From the NCBI GenBank assembly GCA_051003195.1, contig JBPCLP010000040.1, positions 1-17,246 of the forward strand: 17,246 nucleotides of DNA, read 5' to 3'. This DNA comes from Candidatus Sumerlaeaceae bacterium (GTDB lineage Bacteria > Sumerlaeota > Sumerlaeia > Sumerlaeales > Sumerlaeaceae). The notes under the pieces are model-generated. The model was not told the origin of the DNA. It did not search any database and was given only the letters and a program-made list of their open reading frames with translations. The number at the start of each line of letters is the position of its first letter. The first letter of the stretch is position 1. The translations under genes were made by a program, and so were the position numbers. Below, one piece after another: positions 1-9,076 of this stretch.

Positions 1-65
1 TTGAGCGTAATATCCTCACGACCCTGCAAGGGTCGAACAAAGACACAGGGTTTTTCAACAGCCCC
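1..65 (-). mobile_element. MITE-like element, partial copy truncated by the window start (inverted relative to the copy at 11342-11472)
   Basis: The reverse complement of 1-80 matches 11327-11406 at 77/80 positions. TIR GGTTTTTCAACAGCCCC is at 49-65, followed by ACCGT (the reverse complement of the ACGGT target) and CCCCGAATTC. Confidence 0.85.
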
Positions 66-121
66 ACCGTCCCCGAATTCGTCGAATTCCTTTAACAGTT
101 CCGTCCCAAGCTTCTAGGCAA

Positions 122-2071
122 ATGCGAAGTTGCCCGCTTCTCTCCATTCAGTTTGTGATTTTGCTCCTTGTCGCCGCATCAGTCGTGTGGTACAAAATTG
201 AAGATGCGGATATCTGGTGGCATCTGGCGAGTGGAAGACATGTCTGGAGCGAAAGATCAGTTCCTTTAACCGAACCATTCTCTTATCTCTCCGAAGGCAA
301 ACCCTGGTTGGATGAGTACTGGCTTTACCAACTTATACTGCTAGCCATATGGACACTGGGCGGACCCTTCGGCTTAGTTGCGGCGAAGATGGTGTTTGCG
401 GTTTGTCTTATCGGTACTTTCTTCGTCTCCGCCAGCAAGCGTGGCGTCCAGGCAGAATTGAGTGTTATCGCCGCGTTACTCGCTTTGTTTGTTCTGGCGA
501 TTCGCCTAACTGGACGGCCGGAGCTTGTCGGATGGGCAGGGTTATTAACATACACGCTTTGGCTGCCTCGCGGAACTGCACTGCCAGATAAGAAGACTCT
601 CGTCATTCTACCGCTCGTGCAGGCAGTCTGGACCAACTGCCACCCTTCTTTTGTAATAGGACCGCTAACTTGCGGGCTGGCGATGATTGGACAACTGCTA
701 AATCAGCGGTTTGACTCCAGTATATCGAACCGGGCCGTCAGCAGACGATTACTTGCCCGTCGTTACACGTTATTTCTGGTTCTAATAGTTGGTGCAACCT
801 TCCTGAACCCGTACGGATGGCGGATCTATACTCCACTTTTCAAGCAGTTTGGCTCACCACTGCTGATGAACATCACCGAGTATCAGCCAGTCTGGGAGTT
901 CGATATATGGTATATTAAGTTGGCTCCTGCGATTCTGAGCATCGCCGTTTTCGGCAGCTTATGGATCTCACGCGCAAAGGTCGATTTTATCCACCTGCTT
1001 TGGGTGGGGGCATATTTCGCACTCGGGTTAACCGCGATACGCCACGTGCCGCTTTTTGCAATTGTTAGTATGCCTGTCATCGCTGAGTCACTAGAGTCGG
1101 GATTGAACGACGGCCAGAAACGGACGATCAGATCCGCGCCAGTCAGGGTAGGAACTGCGGTAATTTTACTCACTCTGGCAATGCTGTTTGGTACCGGTTG
1201 GATCTGGTACTGGAATGGGCGAGCCCGCGAACCCGGCTATAAAATCGAGGAGTGGCGATTCCCTCTCCGCGAGGCAGCATTTGTAAAGAAGGTTGCACCT
1301 AGCGGCAATGGATTTCATGGCTATCAAGAAGGTGATTACCTGCTCTGGGGCTTATATCCTGCAAAGCAGACGACCGTAGACACGCGCAACTACGTTCACG
1401 GCGATTCCCTGATCCAAGAAGTGCGGTCGATTGGGACCACGGCATCCGCATGGCGGAAGTTTTTTGCGGACCATGACATACATTGGGCTCTCCTTTCTGG
1501 TGAACAGGAAAAGCTCATCCAGGCGCTTGCGGCTGAACCAAATTGGTTCCTGGTATACTTCGGTCCAAACTCGGTGGTGTTTGCCGACAATTCAACGAGC
1601 AACAATCAGCAAATTATTCTCGAAAACGAGGTAAAGCCGAAAGACTTGGAATTATTGGTAGAATCGCAAAAGCCACACAGGCAGAGATTGTTGTTCGCTC
1701 CCTCGGTCGGTGGGGACTTACAGTATCGTGCACGACTGCTGCTGGGTCTTAACGCATCGCTGCTCGCCGCAATGACTATAGATTCACAAAAGTCTGGACT
1801 CGATAATAAAAATTTGAGAGCATTACGTTATGTAGCTTGGTTCAGAGTTGGCGTCACGGCAATGGAACGCAAGAACTTGAAACAGGCGGAATCTGCATTC
1901 AAGTCCGCCATTGCCGCAGATTCGAAAAAAGCTGATGCTTGGAACAACCTGGGATTCGTATATGTTTACACCGGCAATAAGGATGCTGCGCGGGAGTGTT
2001 GGAACCGTGTGCTATCTATGGACCCAAGTAATGTTACCGCTCAAGCAAACTTGCAGCGCTTGGGCCACTGA
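122..2071 (+). CDS. Polytopic membrane protein, probable GT-C-fold glycosyltransferase, with a C-terminal tetratricopeptide repeat
   Basis: 649-aa ORF with many hydrophobic segments over the first ~365 aa. An acidic motif EDADIWWHLASG follows TM1, and WTNCHPSF and FLNPYG motifs are present. A soluble region is followed by a TPR-like segment (AESAFKSAIAADSKKADAWNNLGFVYVYTGNKDAARECWNRVLSMDP). The glycosyltransferase function is inferred. Confidence 0.75.
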   Translation: MRSCPLLSIQFVILLLVAASVVWYKIEDADIWWHLASGRHVWSERSVPLTEPFSYLSEGKPWLDEYWLYQLILLAIWTLGGPFGLVAAKMVFAVCLIGTFFVSASKRGVQAELSVIAALLALFVLAIRLTGRPELVGWAGLLTYTLWLPRGTALPDKKTLVILPLVQAVWTNCHPSFVIGPLTCGLAMIGQLLNQRFDSSISNRAVSRRLLARRYTLFLVLIVGATFLNPYGWRIYTPLFKQFGSPLLMNITEYQPVWEFDIWYIKLAPAILSIAVFGSLWISRAKVDFIHLLWVGAYFALGLTAIRHVPLFAIVSMPVIAESLESGLNDGQKRTIRSAPVRVGTAVILLTLAMLFGTGWIWYWNGRAREPGYKIEEWRFPLREAAFVKKVAPSGNGFHGYQEGDYLLWGLYPAKQTTVDTRNYVHGDSLIQEVRSIGTTASAWRKFFADHDIHWALLSGEQEKLIQALAAEPNWFLVYFGPNSVVFADNSTSNNQQIILENEVKPKDLELLVESQKPHRQRLLFAPSVGGDLQYRARLLLGLNASLLAAMTIDSQKSGLDNKNLRALRYVAWFRVGVTAMERKNLKQAESAFKSAIAADSKKADAWNNLGFVYVYTGNKDAARECWNRVLSMDPSNVTAQANLQRLGH

Positions 2072-2375
2072 AATGGCGCGATTGCTCGCTAAGTTATAGC
2101 ACTTAGCAACCAAACTCCAAACGGGGCTGTACTCCGAACGGGGGGATCTTCGGCGAGCTTGCGTTTGCCAAGGCTAAAGCCAGTACAGGAGCCAATTAAT
2201 TCGTTAATTCATCACCATTGCACGAGTTTCAGCGTGCGAAAGGGACGCTCTCCCCAGTCCCCCGTAACTAATCTTGTGGGAACAACATCGGCGAAGCTAG
2301 CAACGTAATTAGTGAACAATGTCAACGGTCGCAGTTATTTCATGCGTACGACGGATGGGATTCGAGCAGCATCGC

Positions 2376-2416
2376 AACTGGGAATGAAATGTTACCCGTC
2401 CCCAATTTCCAATTTC
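2376..2416. repeat. Degenerate, unoccupied copy of the ~31-bp palindromic repeat that hosts the MITE
   Basis: AACTGGGAA(TGA)AATGTTACCCGTCCCCAATTTC aligns to the reconstructed empty site AATTGGGAAAACGTCAACCGTCCCCGAATTC at 25/31 positions plus a 3-nt insertion. It is followed by a tandem repeat of its end (AATTTCC AATTTCC). Confidence 0.55.
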
Positions 2417-2433
2417 CCGACTCCAACTGGTGC

Positions 2434-5142
2434 TCATGGGTAGCACGCCGCGACGGGTGGAGAAGCGATAATAGCCTCCAAAGAAATCAGCCGCTCCATT
2501 ACATCGGAAGGCTGATAGTAATATTGCAGCTGGGCCTCCCATCCGAGGCGTGAGTCCTGGAGAACGTATTTATACGCCTGGCTGGTTGCTTCCAATTCGA
2601 TCTGCGCCAGTCGCTGCATTTCCAGACTATTGCCCACTTCACGTGCCTGGTAAAAATCAAGTGCATTGGCAAAAGAGCGGAAGGTGTAATCGATTATCCA
2701 TGCAATCGCGTAATCTCGCTGTGCGGTTTGCTTTCGTGCGGCTGCTGCCAGACCAACGAGACCTTTCATCCTGTCCAGGCTATCGCTCCACCGGCTGCAC
2801 ATGTGGCGCAGCTGGTCGGCCATTTGTGGCGCCGTATACGGGCTGGTCCAAATCTTCCAATCGTCTTTTGGATTAAGCATCGCCCCGTTCCCATACGGCG
2901 GCGGAATTATGTTTCGGAACCACGGGAGCCCCGGGGCGTATTGGATGGGGCCGTTGTAGATGGCTGCCGAGAAAGGGTACTCTTCAGCAAAGACTTCTCC
3001 GAAGTTTTGCCAGGCCGCTACAGCCGTATCAGCAGCGGCGTCACCGTAGCGTCGAAGTGCGACCCGTCTCAGTACGTCCGTTGTTGAGAGTTCCGGATTC
3101 CATTGCTGGATTGCAAATGCCTCGGTGTTCGGTGAAGGGTAGCTGCCGAGCGTCCAGGATTGCATGCAGCCGTCCACGCCACTGCTTATCATGGCTTTGG
3201 CTTTCTCAGCCAACAGTCCCGGAACGGGAATGAACGGTACTGTGCCACATTCCCAGGTGGAGGAAAGTTGTATCTTTGCGAAAAACGGAATAGTGTAACG
3301 ACTGGACTGTGCAGACCGCACTTTTGCCCGTGGTGATGGGCCAATGACGGAAATGGAGTATTCATCCACGGTCATTGGAACACCGCCGCGGCGGATAGGG
3401 GTACCGCGTTCAAAATCTGCCATCAAGGCGCACTCGGGGTGCAACGCGCCGACAATCTGGTCCTGCGGGTCCTGCATCCCCACACTGTGCCAGCTCCAGT
3501 CCCAAACAATAATAAAGGGATCACTTGAGACTGCGCGTACACCTTCAGCCGTCGTTCGAGTCAGCTGCGCCACGACTTCCTCCGGCCGACGTTTCAGGCA
3601 GCGTTCACAATTAATTCCTGTGCCATGTGCGTAGCAGTGTGTCAGGTTCTCACTCGCGGTAATCAGAATAACCCCGCCAATCACCCGGACTTCGCGAAAC
3701 AGGCTCTCAAAACTGCCTTTGATGTGACGGCGAACTGCATCAGTGGAGGTACACAGGGCCGAAAGCGCACCTACGTTATGCCCGCGGACGTTCGGATACC
3801 TCTCAAAGAATTCCTGCGGCTTGGGGCGCGGCTCATTGAAATAAAGGTAAACTTTTAATCCATATCGCGCGGCGCGCGCAATGATTCTCCGCAGACGCTC
3901 ACGGCGCGCCTCGCCACCGATACCCATTCCATCGAAAACAGGTGACGGTACAAGGTCTTCGAGAACACAAAACAGCCAGATTCCATCAGCATCCTGTCTC
4001 GCGACACGCGATAGATAACCATCGGGACACGGGTCCACCACATCCTGCCCAAGCACATCGGTCATCGGTGCAAAATACGGGTAGACTATCCGCGGTGAGA
4101 ATGCCGGCTTAAAATGTTCGGTGCCACTCGTCAGAACAAGGTAAGGTCCTCCACGCTCTCCCATCCGACGCTGCAGTTCAACCAGAGCCCGAGACAACGC
4201 TCGTTCTGTCGCGCCTTCTACTGTAATAGACTCGCGCGTTATCCGCAAAGAAAACGCTTCGTCGCCGCCGGACTGGGCCGTAATGGCAAGCGTGAGCACC
4301 GGGGTTGTATCTGAGCTGGCTGCAAGCGGCGCACTTGTGACCGTCAACGGTCGAGTGTTGTGAACGCGCGCGCAATAATTGCTGAACTCATCGACGAACG
4401 TACGCGTCACCACACCTGAATCCGACGGTATAGCAACTGTCCATCCGGTGCGCAAATCGACTTCATGTTGCCGCGGAGCTGTACCCACTAAGTAATCGCT
4501 AAGATCGTACGGATTAACCAGGTCATTGATGAATGCGAAACGAGCTTCGTGCTCTATTGCGGCTGTAGCTTCGCGGTGCTTGAAGATCCGTTCTCGAAAC
4601 CAGGCACAATGCGCTGCGGTTCGCGCATCCGGAGGAGAATAGGAAACTGCAGTAAGGTCCGGCGGAGGCGCGCCGAGAAGAACACGAAATGCTATATCCG
4701 TAGCCAGAAAATGATCGAGCTGCGACGGCGCCCAGCCAAGCAGCGCCTCGATCTGAGCACGTGGCAGCACTGGCCAATTACGCCGAAGCACCGTCTCGTA
4801 ATTTCTTCGAATAATCTCCGGCGATAAAGAATCAGGAGGCAGTAATCCCATTTCCTTTCCGGCGCGAAGCAACGCTGGAACAGTGGTATCCAGCACCTGC
4901 GCCAACTGTTCGAGCGGAACAATCTCCCAGTTTCGGTAAATGGCGGCATGCAGCCGCGACGGGAAATAATCGAGGTGAGCCGGCACGGTGGTTTCCAGCT
5001 GTATGCCAGCCCTGTTCGCCGTTAAGGGTAGGCCTGGACCTGCTGCGATACTTAACCCGCAAAAGCAGATGAGCGTTGCGGCTGCCAGGAACAAAACCGT
5101 TGGCGAAAAGCTTCTTCGCACTCTGGGTGATGGTCTGCACAT
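2434..5142 (-). CDS. Large secreted uncharacterised protein, probable glycoside hydrolase (GH20/GH67-type accessory domain plus a putative TIM-barrel)
   Basis: The ORF track gives 2434..5253, but the ATG at 5142 lies 4 nt after the upstream TAG (5147-5149) and opens a signal-peptide-like N-terminus (MCRPSPRVRRSFSPTVLFLAAATLICFCGLSIAAG). The segment DEAFSLRITRESITVEGATERALSRALVEL resembles the beta-hexosaminidase domain-2 fold. Barrel-like strands DGIWL, YGLKVYLYFNEP and IIVWDWSW follow. Confidence 0.7.
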   Translation of the reverse strand: MCRPSPRVRRSFSPTVLFLAAATLICFCGLSIAAGPGLPLTANRAGIQLETTVPAHLDYFPSRLHAAIYRNWEIVPLEQLAQVLDTTVPALLRAGKEMGLLPPDSLSPEIIRRNYETVLRRNWPVLPRAQIEALLGWAPSQLDHFLATDIAFRVLLGAPPPDLTAVSYSPPDARTAAHCAWFRERIFKHREATAAIEHEARFAFINDLVNPYDLSDYLVGTAPRQHEVDLRTGWTVAIPSDSGVVTRTFVDEFSNYCARVHNTRPLTVTSAPLAASSDTTPVLTLAITAQSGGDEAFSLRITRESITVEGATERALSRALVELQRRMGERGGPYLVLTSGTEHFKPAFSPRIVYPYFAPMTDVLGQDVVDPCPDGYLSRVARQDADGIWLFCVLEDLVPSPVFDGMGIGGEARRERLRRIIARAARYGLKVYLYFNEPRPKPQEFFERYPNVRGHNVGALSALCTSTDAVRRHIKGSFESLFREVRVIGGVILITASENLTHCYAHGTGINCERCLKRRPEEVVAQLTRTTAEGVRAVSSDPFIIVWDWSWHSVGMQDPQDQIVGALHPECALMADFERGTPIRRGGVPMTVDEYSISVIGPSPRAKVRSAQSSRYTIPFFAKIQLSSTWECGTVPFIPVPGLLAEKAKAMISSGVDGCMQSWTLGSYPSPNTEAFAIQQWNPELSTTDVLRRVALRRYGDAAADTAVAAWQNFGEVFAEEYPFSAAIYNGPIQYAPGLPWFRNIIPPPYGNGAMLNPKDDWKIWTSPYTAPQMADQLRHMCSRWSDSLDRMKGLVGLAAAARKQTAQRDYAIAWIIDYTFRSFANALDFYQAREVGNSLEMQRLAQIELEATSQAYKYVLQDSRLGWEAQLQYYYQPSDVMERLISLEAIIASPPVAACYP

Positions 5143-5146
5143 CAGT

Positions 5147-7240
5147 CTAAAGTGCCTGATTGGACGTAATCCTGTATGTGAACAAAGCCGATGCAGGCTG
5201 CTCGGCGAGTTTAACCAGCAGCCCTCGTTCGAGTAGATCCTGACCCAAAGCAATGCGAGTCTCGGACGTGTTCAGATCTGTCACCACATAGCGCCCGTGC
5301 GGGAACAGGCCGCTTAACTTGAACTGCGCGGACTCACACGAGCTTTCCGAACGTCGAAAAGCCTGCACTATCCCTTCGCCTGCTTCAGGCCGGTCAAACT
5401 GCCATGCCATCCAACTCTGATGATCGAGGCTGTACGGTGTGAGCGGGTAAAAGTCGCCAAGCAGTGATGGCGCCACTGTACGCCACTGCGCATCGAGACG
5501 CCGCAACGCGTCGTAGTCCAGGTCACGTCGGCGTACGTCATAGCAGGCAATCATGTTAGGGCACATCGTGCTGTGGTAGCTGTACGTGTCGAATTGGTTC
5601 ATTCCGGTCCCATAAAAGGGGATCCAGGAAGCCAGGCCGTAAGTGTGGCATTGCTGTCCGACAGGCTCGAGAATATAGTCGCTGCGAAGCAGCGGCACAG
5701 ACCGGCGAAGAGTCTCCAGGTCGTTTCGGCGTCCGCCCGATGCACAGGTGTCGATCAGCATGTCAGGATGGCGGCGCCGCAGTTCATCCCACCATTTTAG
5801 AAAGCTGATGACATACTTCATCTCCGTCATCCCCTGGCGATCTTCCGTGTCGTTTGCGCGCCAGTGCGTGAGCGGGTCGATATTGTAGTCGTTGCGATAG
5901 AGATCAATCCCTTCGCTTTTGATTAAGCTGTCGGTATGTTCAACCACCCAGCGCAGTGCTTCGGGATTGCCCAGGTTGAGAAGCTTTGTGTCGCCGTCAC
6001 GTCCAAGAAGCCATTCGGGGTGCTTTTTATCAAGCCAAGTGCCAGGGGTAACACGCTCCGGTTCAAACCAGACAATGCTTCGCACTCCGCGTTTACGTCC
6101 GTAATCTGTGATGGCCCGCAGCCCGCGCGGGAAACGCTGCCTGTCCACTTCCCATGTTCCGGTATTCGACCACTGGCCATTGTTGACGTACCACCCTGCA
6201 TCCATCCACCAGAAATCCAGCTTCAGTCCTTCTTCCATGTATCGGTCGATAAACAGCTTCTGATTTTCCTCGTTCGCATGAATCATCTCGCCGAACTGGT
6301 GCGAGCTGCAGGCTGCCATTTGTGGTGAGACGGCTTTGCCGAACGGGCGCGGAAGGTTATGCTCCAGCATCCACCGCCGCCACAGATTCTGCGCACGCAC
6401 ACGGCTGCCAGACCAGAACTGCAACGCAATGAGCGGAGTGCGGGCTTCTTCTCCCGGCCTGAGGCGGAAACGGGTTAGCTCCTGGCCGGCAGTAATCCTT
6501 AATCCACCCGCCGAGTCCCGAATGAAGGCGGCACTCCATTGCCCGGGCCAACCTATAGCCATGATGATGCCGCCGCCTGGTTTCTCAAGATTGAAATAGG
6601 GCAGATCGCTATTGGAAGGGCGCCCGCCCGAAGTGGTAATCCGCTTATGCCCGCCCGGCGAAAGAGGTGTGCTGAACGGCTGGTAGTCCGAGACAAGGCA
6701 CGGGCTCCCGGTATTGTGGTGCAGAGTAAACTCTGCCCCTGTTTCGGCGGGTTCAAACACGCTGTCGATCGCCGCGAGGTCCGCAATAATGGCAGTGTCT
6801 GTCGTGCCGCGATTTCTCAGCCAGGTCGTCCACTCGACCACCGGGTAATCCACATATTCCAAGGCTACACATGATACCTCAAGACCGGAAGCCGGATCAC
6901 GCCATGTGATTGTGTGCTGTGTACGTGAAGAGTCGAGAGCCCTGGAGATGGAGGACGACAACCAGGAAGGGGCTAAACGTGCGAATGGCTGACCCGCGTA
7001 TGTGAATGACGCGGGCAGCTTCTTTGCAGGAAGTTTCGACTCTCTCGAACTGGTAGAACCCTGGTCTGCTCCATCGCGGCGCAATCCACCTGTCTGCAGC
7101 CCGAATGCCGCCCCTATCCATTCGCGTGCCGCGGCTTTCTCCTCTTCCCCAGCCCGGGGGAGAACTGCACAGGCAACCGAGGCGCTCATGATGGTTAGAA
7201 GAATTCCAGCTGTTTTTCGCAAGCCCACATGCCTCTGCAT
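5147..7240 (-). CDS. Secreted glycoside hydrolase family 36 (alpha-galactosidase-like, clan GH-D)
   Basis: 697 aa with a signal peptide (ILLTIMSASVACA). GH36 motifs are present: WWMDAGW, RFPRGL, WFEPERV, LNLGNPEA, YRNDYN (nucleophile Asp position), CASGGRR and RSD (acid/base position). AGGAGG lies upstream. Confidence 0.88.
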   Translation of the reverse strand: MQRHVGLRKTAGILLTIMSASVACAVLPRAGEEEKAAAREWIGAAFGLQTGGLRRDGADQGSTSSRESKLPAKKLPASFTYAGQPFARLAPSWLSSSISRALDSSRTQHTITWRDPASGLEVSCVALEYVDYPVVEWTTWLRNRGTTDTAIIADLAAIDSVFEPAETGAEFTLHHNTGSPCLVSDYQPFSTPLSPGGHKRITTSGGRPSNSDLPYFNLEKPGGGIIMAIGWPGQWSAAFIRDSAGGLRITAGQELTRFRLRPGEEARTPLIALQFWSGSRVRAQNLWRRWMLEHNLPRPFGKAVSPQMAACSSHQFGEMIHANEENQKLFIDRYMEEGLKLDFWWMDAGWYVNNGQWSNTGTWEVDRQRFPRGLRAITDYGRKRGVRSIVWFEPERVTPGTWLDKKHPEWLLGRDGDTKLLNLGNPEALRWVVEHTDSLIKSEGIDLYRNDYNIDPLTHWRANDTEDRQGMTEMKYVISFLKWWDELRRRHPDMLIDTCASGGRRNDLETLRRSVPLLRSDYILEPVGQQCHTYGLASWIPFYGTGMNQFDTYSYHSTMCPNMIACYDVRRRDLDYDALRRLDAQWRTVAPSLLGDFYPLTPYSLDHQSWMAWQFDRPEAGEGIVQAFRRSESSCESAQFKLSGLFPHGRYVVTDLNTSETRIALGQDLLERGLLVKLAEQPASALFTYRITSNQAL

Positions 7241-7244
7241 ACGA

Positions 7245-7253
7245 CCTCCTCTT
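7245..7253 (-). promoter_or_regulatory. Shine-Dalgarno site for the GH36 gene starting at 7240
   Basis: The minus strand reads AAAGAGGAGGTCGT-ATG. Confidence 0.65.
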
Positions 7254-7419
7254 TAACTCACTATCCTGACCGAAGGCATCCGTATCTGGAAACGTCCTTC
7301 GACAAGGGCAGCCGCGACACCGATGCAGAAAACCGTCAATACGACGAACAAAGCTCGCAATGGGTGAACGTGCAGCCTTACGCGAGTAGAAGCACAGCCG
7401 AGGCGGTAAACCTGACCGT

Positions 7420-9015
7420 TCATTTCACGACAACGCCTTTAACCCATGCATTGGTTTTAATGCGGGTGTCACCGGTTACAAGACGTTTGCCCGCAATCAC
7501 CACGTTATCAAAGGTGACATTCTCGATGAGGCTGTCCGGTCCTTCTGCCATAAGCACAACATCGGTATTGTGACACTTTAAAACGCGCACGTTGCGAAAC
7601 AGCACGTCACGAATTGCGCCGCTCGGCTTGTCGCGTTTCGGCGGATTCAGAAGCTCGTACGATGAGCCGGGTTTGGTCGGGCAGTCGCGGTGCCATTCGT
7701 CCCAGTTATTGATGATCTTCAGGGGCGGCCGGTGCGGCCCACGAACATCTTCTATTACTATATTCTCGAATCGAAAGTTACGGGCGCTTCCCGGACCGGA
7801 GAGTTTCAATCCCGCTACGGGGCAGACGGAGGAGTCATCTGTTGAATGAATTACGGTGCAGTTTTCAAACGCCACGTTTTCAATGCCACCATACGACTCG
7901 TGCATAAGCCCAAGGCTGCCGCCTATATCATTCCAGACCACGCAGTTCCGGAAAGTAACGTTCCGCTGCGGAATCCAGACCTTCACCTGCAGGCTGTCGT
8001 CCGCATTGTGCGTAAAGCAGTTCTCGACCAGGGCATCTGAAGTGCCTCCAATGGGGATACCATCATTGTTGACGTAATGGCCAATGATCTTCACATTGGA
8101 GATATGTACGCGTCTGCAGTTGGTTACGTACATCGACCAGACCGAACATTCCCGCACAACGATACCCTCAATGGTAAGATCTTCGACGTATTCGGCGCGT
8201 ATGAGATGTCCTCTCTGCCGCTTTTCCAGCGCCCTGCGGCCACATAGAATGCCCCGGCCGCGGATTGTAACCTGTTTTGCGGAGGTGCTGCCGAACAAGC
8301 CCTTCGACCACCAGACATCCACTCCATGATTGTTGTGCCGGTTTTCCTCCGAGAGCTTATCAGGCGGCTGCGCCTTAAGATTTACAATTGCTCCACCGGC
8401 AATGTAGACAGTCGAATTGCTCGTGAGTTCAACTTCGCTCAGCTCATGCATCCCTGGGCCAAAATAGCGAACCCCAACCTCATCGGGAGCAGGAACATCT
8501 ATCTCGATCGGGTTTGCGAACAGGTGGAGGGGTCGAATCAGCGAACCACACGGTTCAATGCTGAGTTGGCAGGGCTCACGTATCATAAACTGAAAACGCC
8601 CGCCATTGACCTCCGGAGTAATGTTGTGAGCCAGTGGCCTGACAATCACATGCGAGGTATCGATCCCCGCTAGTCGAAGCCCGTCCAGCAGCCGAACCTC
8701 AACCCTGACTTCCCCCTCAAAATCGAAGCTGCAGAAACTGACTGGCGAAACAGGCCGGCCTGCGATGGTCGAGGTCGACTCGGAGTCATACCGGAAAGAT
8801 GTATAACAAAATACCGGCTGATCATTGACCCAAAGCTCATAATCCTGCGACCTCGGCTCCGCAGTTGGGGCGGGATAAATTGTGAGTTTTGTCGCAGTCG
8901 CATGCATCGCTGACAATTTGCCGTTGGCCATCAGCACGAGCGCTGCAAAAAGAACATAGACGCCCCGCGCGCGCGAGGGCACAACGCAGACTAACGACGC
9001 CATCAGTGGACGCAT
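7420..9015 (-). CDS. Secreted right-handed beta-helix glycoside hydrolase, GH28-related (pectin-lyase-like fold)
   Basis: The ORF track extends to 9087 and the start is uncertain; ATG 9015 precedes a hydrophobic signal-like stretch. Motifs include YFGPGMH, VYIAGGAIV, IRGRGIL, repeated beta-helix rungs (LTIEGIV, VHISNVKI, VENCF, VTFRNC, FENC) and GH28-like NNDGI and ADDS. Confidence 0.8.
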   Translation of the reverse strand: MRPLMASLVCVVPSRARGVYVLFAALVLMANGKLSAMHATATKLTIYPAPTAEPRSQDYELWVNDQPVFCYTSFRYDSESTSTIAGRPVSPVSFCSFDFEGEVRVEVRLLDGLRLAGIDTSHVIVRPLAHNITPEVNGGRFQFMIREPCQLSIEPCGSLIRPLHLFANPIEIDVPAPDEVGVRYFGPGMHELSEVELTSNSTVYIAGGAIVNLKAQPPDKLSEENRHNNHGVDVWWSKGLFGSTSAKQVTIRGRGILCGRRALEKRQRGHLIRAEYVEDLTIEGIVVRECSVWSMYVTNCRRVHISNVKIIGHYVNNDGIPIGGTSDALVENCFTHNADDSLQVKVWIPQRNVTFRNCVVWNDIGGSLGLMHESYGGIENVAFENCTVIHSTDDSSVCPVAGLKLSGPGSARNFRFENIVIEDVRGPHRPPLKIINNWDEWHRDCPTKPGSSYELLNPPKRDKPSGAIRDVLFRNVRVLKCHNTDVVLMAEGPDSLIENVTFDNVVIAGKRLVTGDTRIKTNAWVKGVVVK

Positions 9016-9076
9016 GAAGTTGCGCCTCACGCCCGTCGCTCTACCTTGTAATTCGCTCTTTTCCCAGCACCCGCAA

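Noticed and set aside
2088..2107. GCTAAGT-N6-ACTTAGC palindrome after the TPR gene as an intrinsic terminator
   Set aside because: The 7-bp stem is AT-rich and has no U-tract on the plus strand, which is too weak to call.
2127..2188. tRNA interpretation of the cloverleaf-like fold
   Set aside because: It is only 62 nt, with no T-loop GTTCRA in position, no canonical anticodon arm and no CCA.
5143..5253. N-terminal extension of the 939-aa ORF
   Set aside because: It overlaps the upstream GH36 gene by over 100 nt. ATG 5142 gives a clean junction and a signal peptide.
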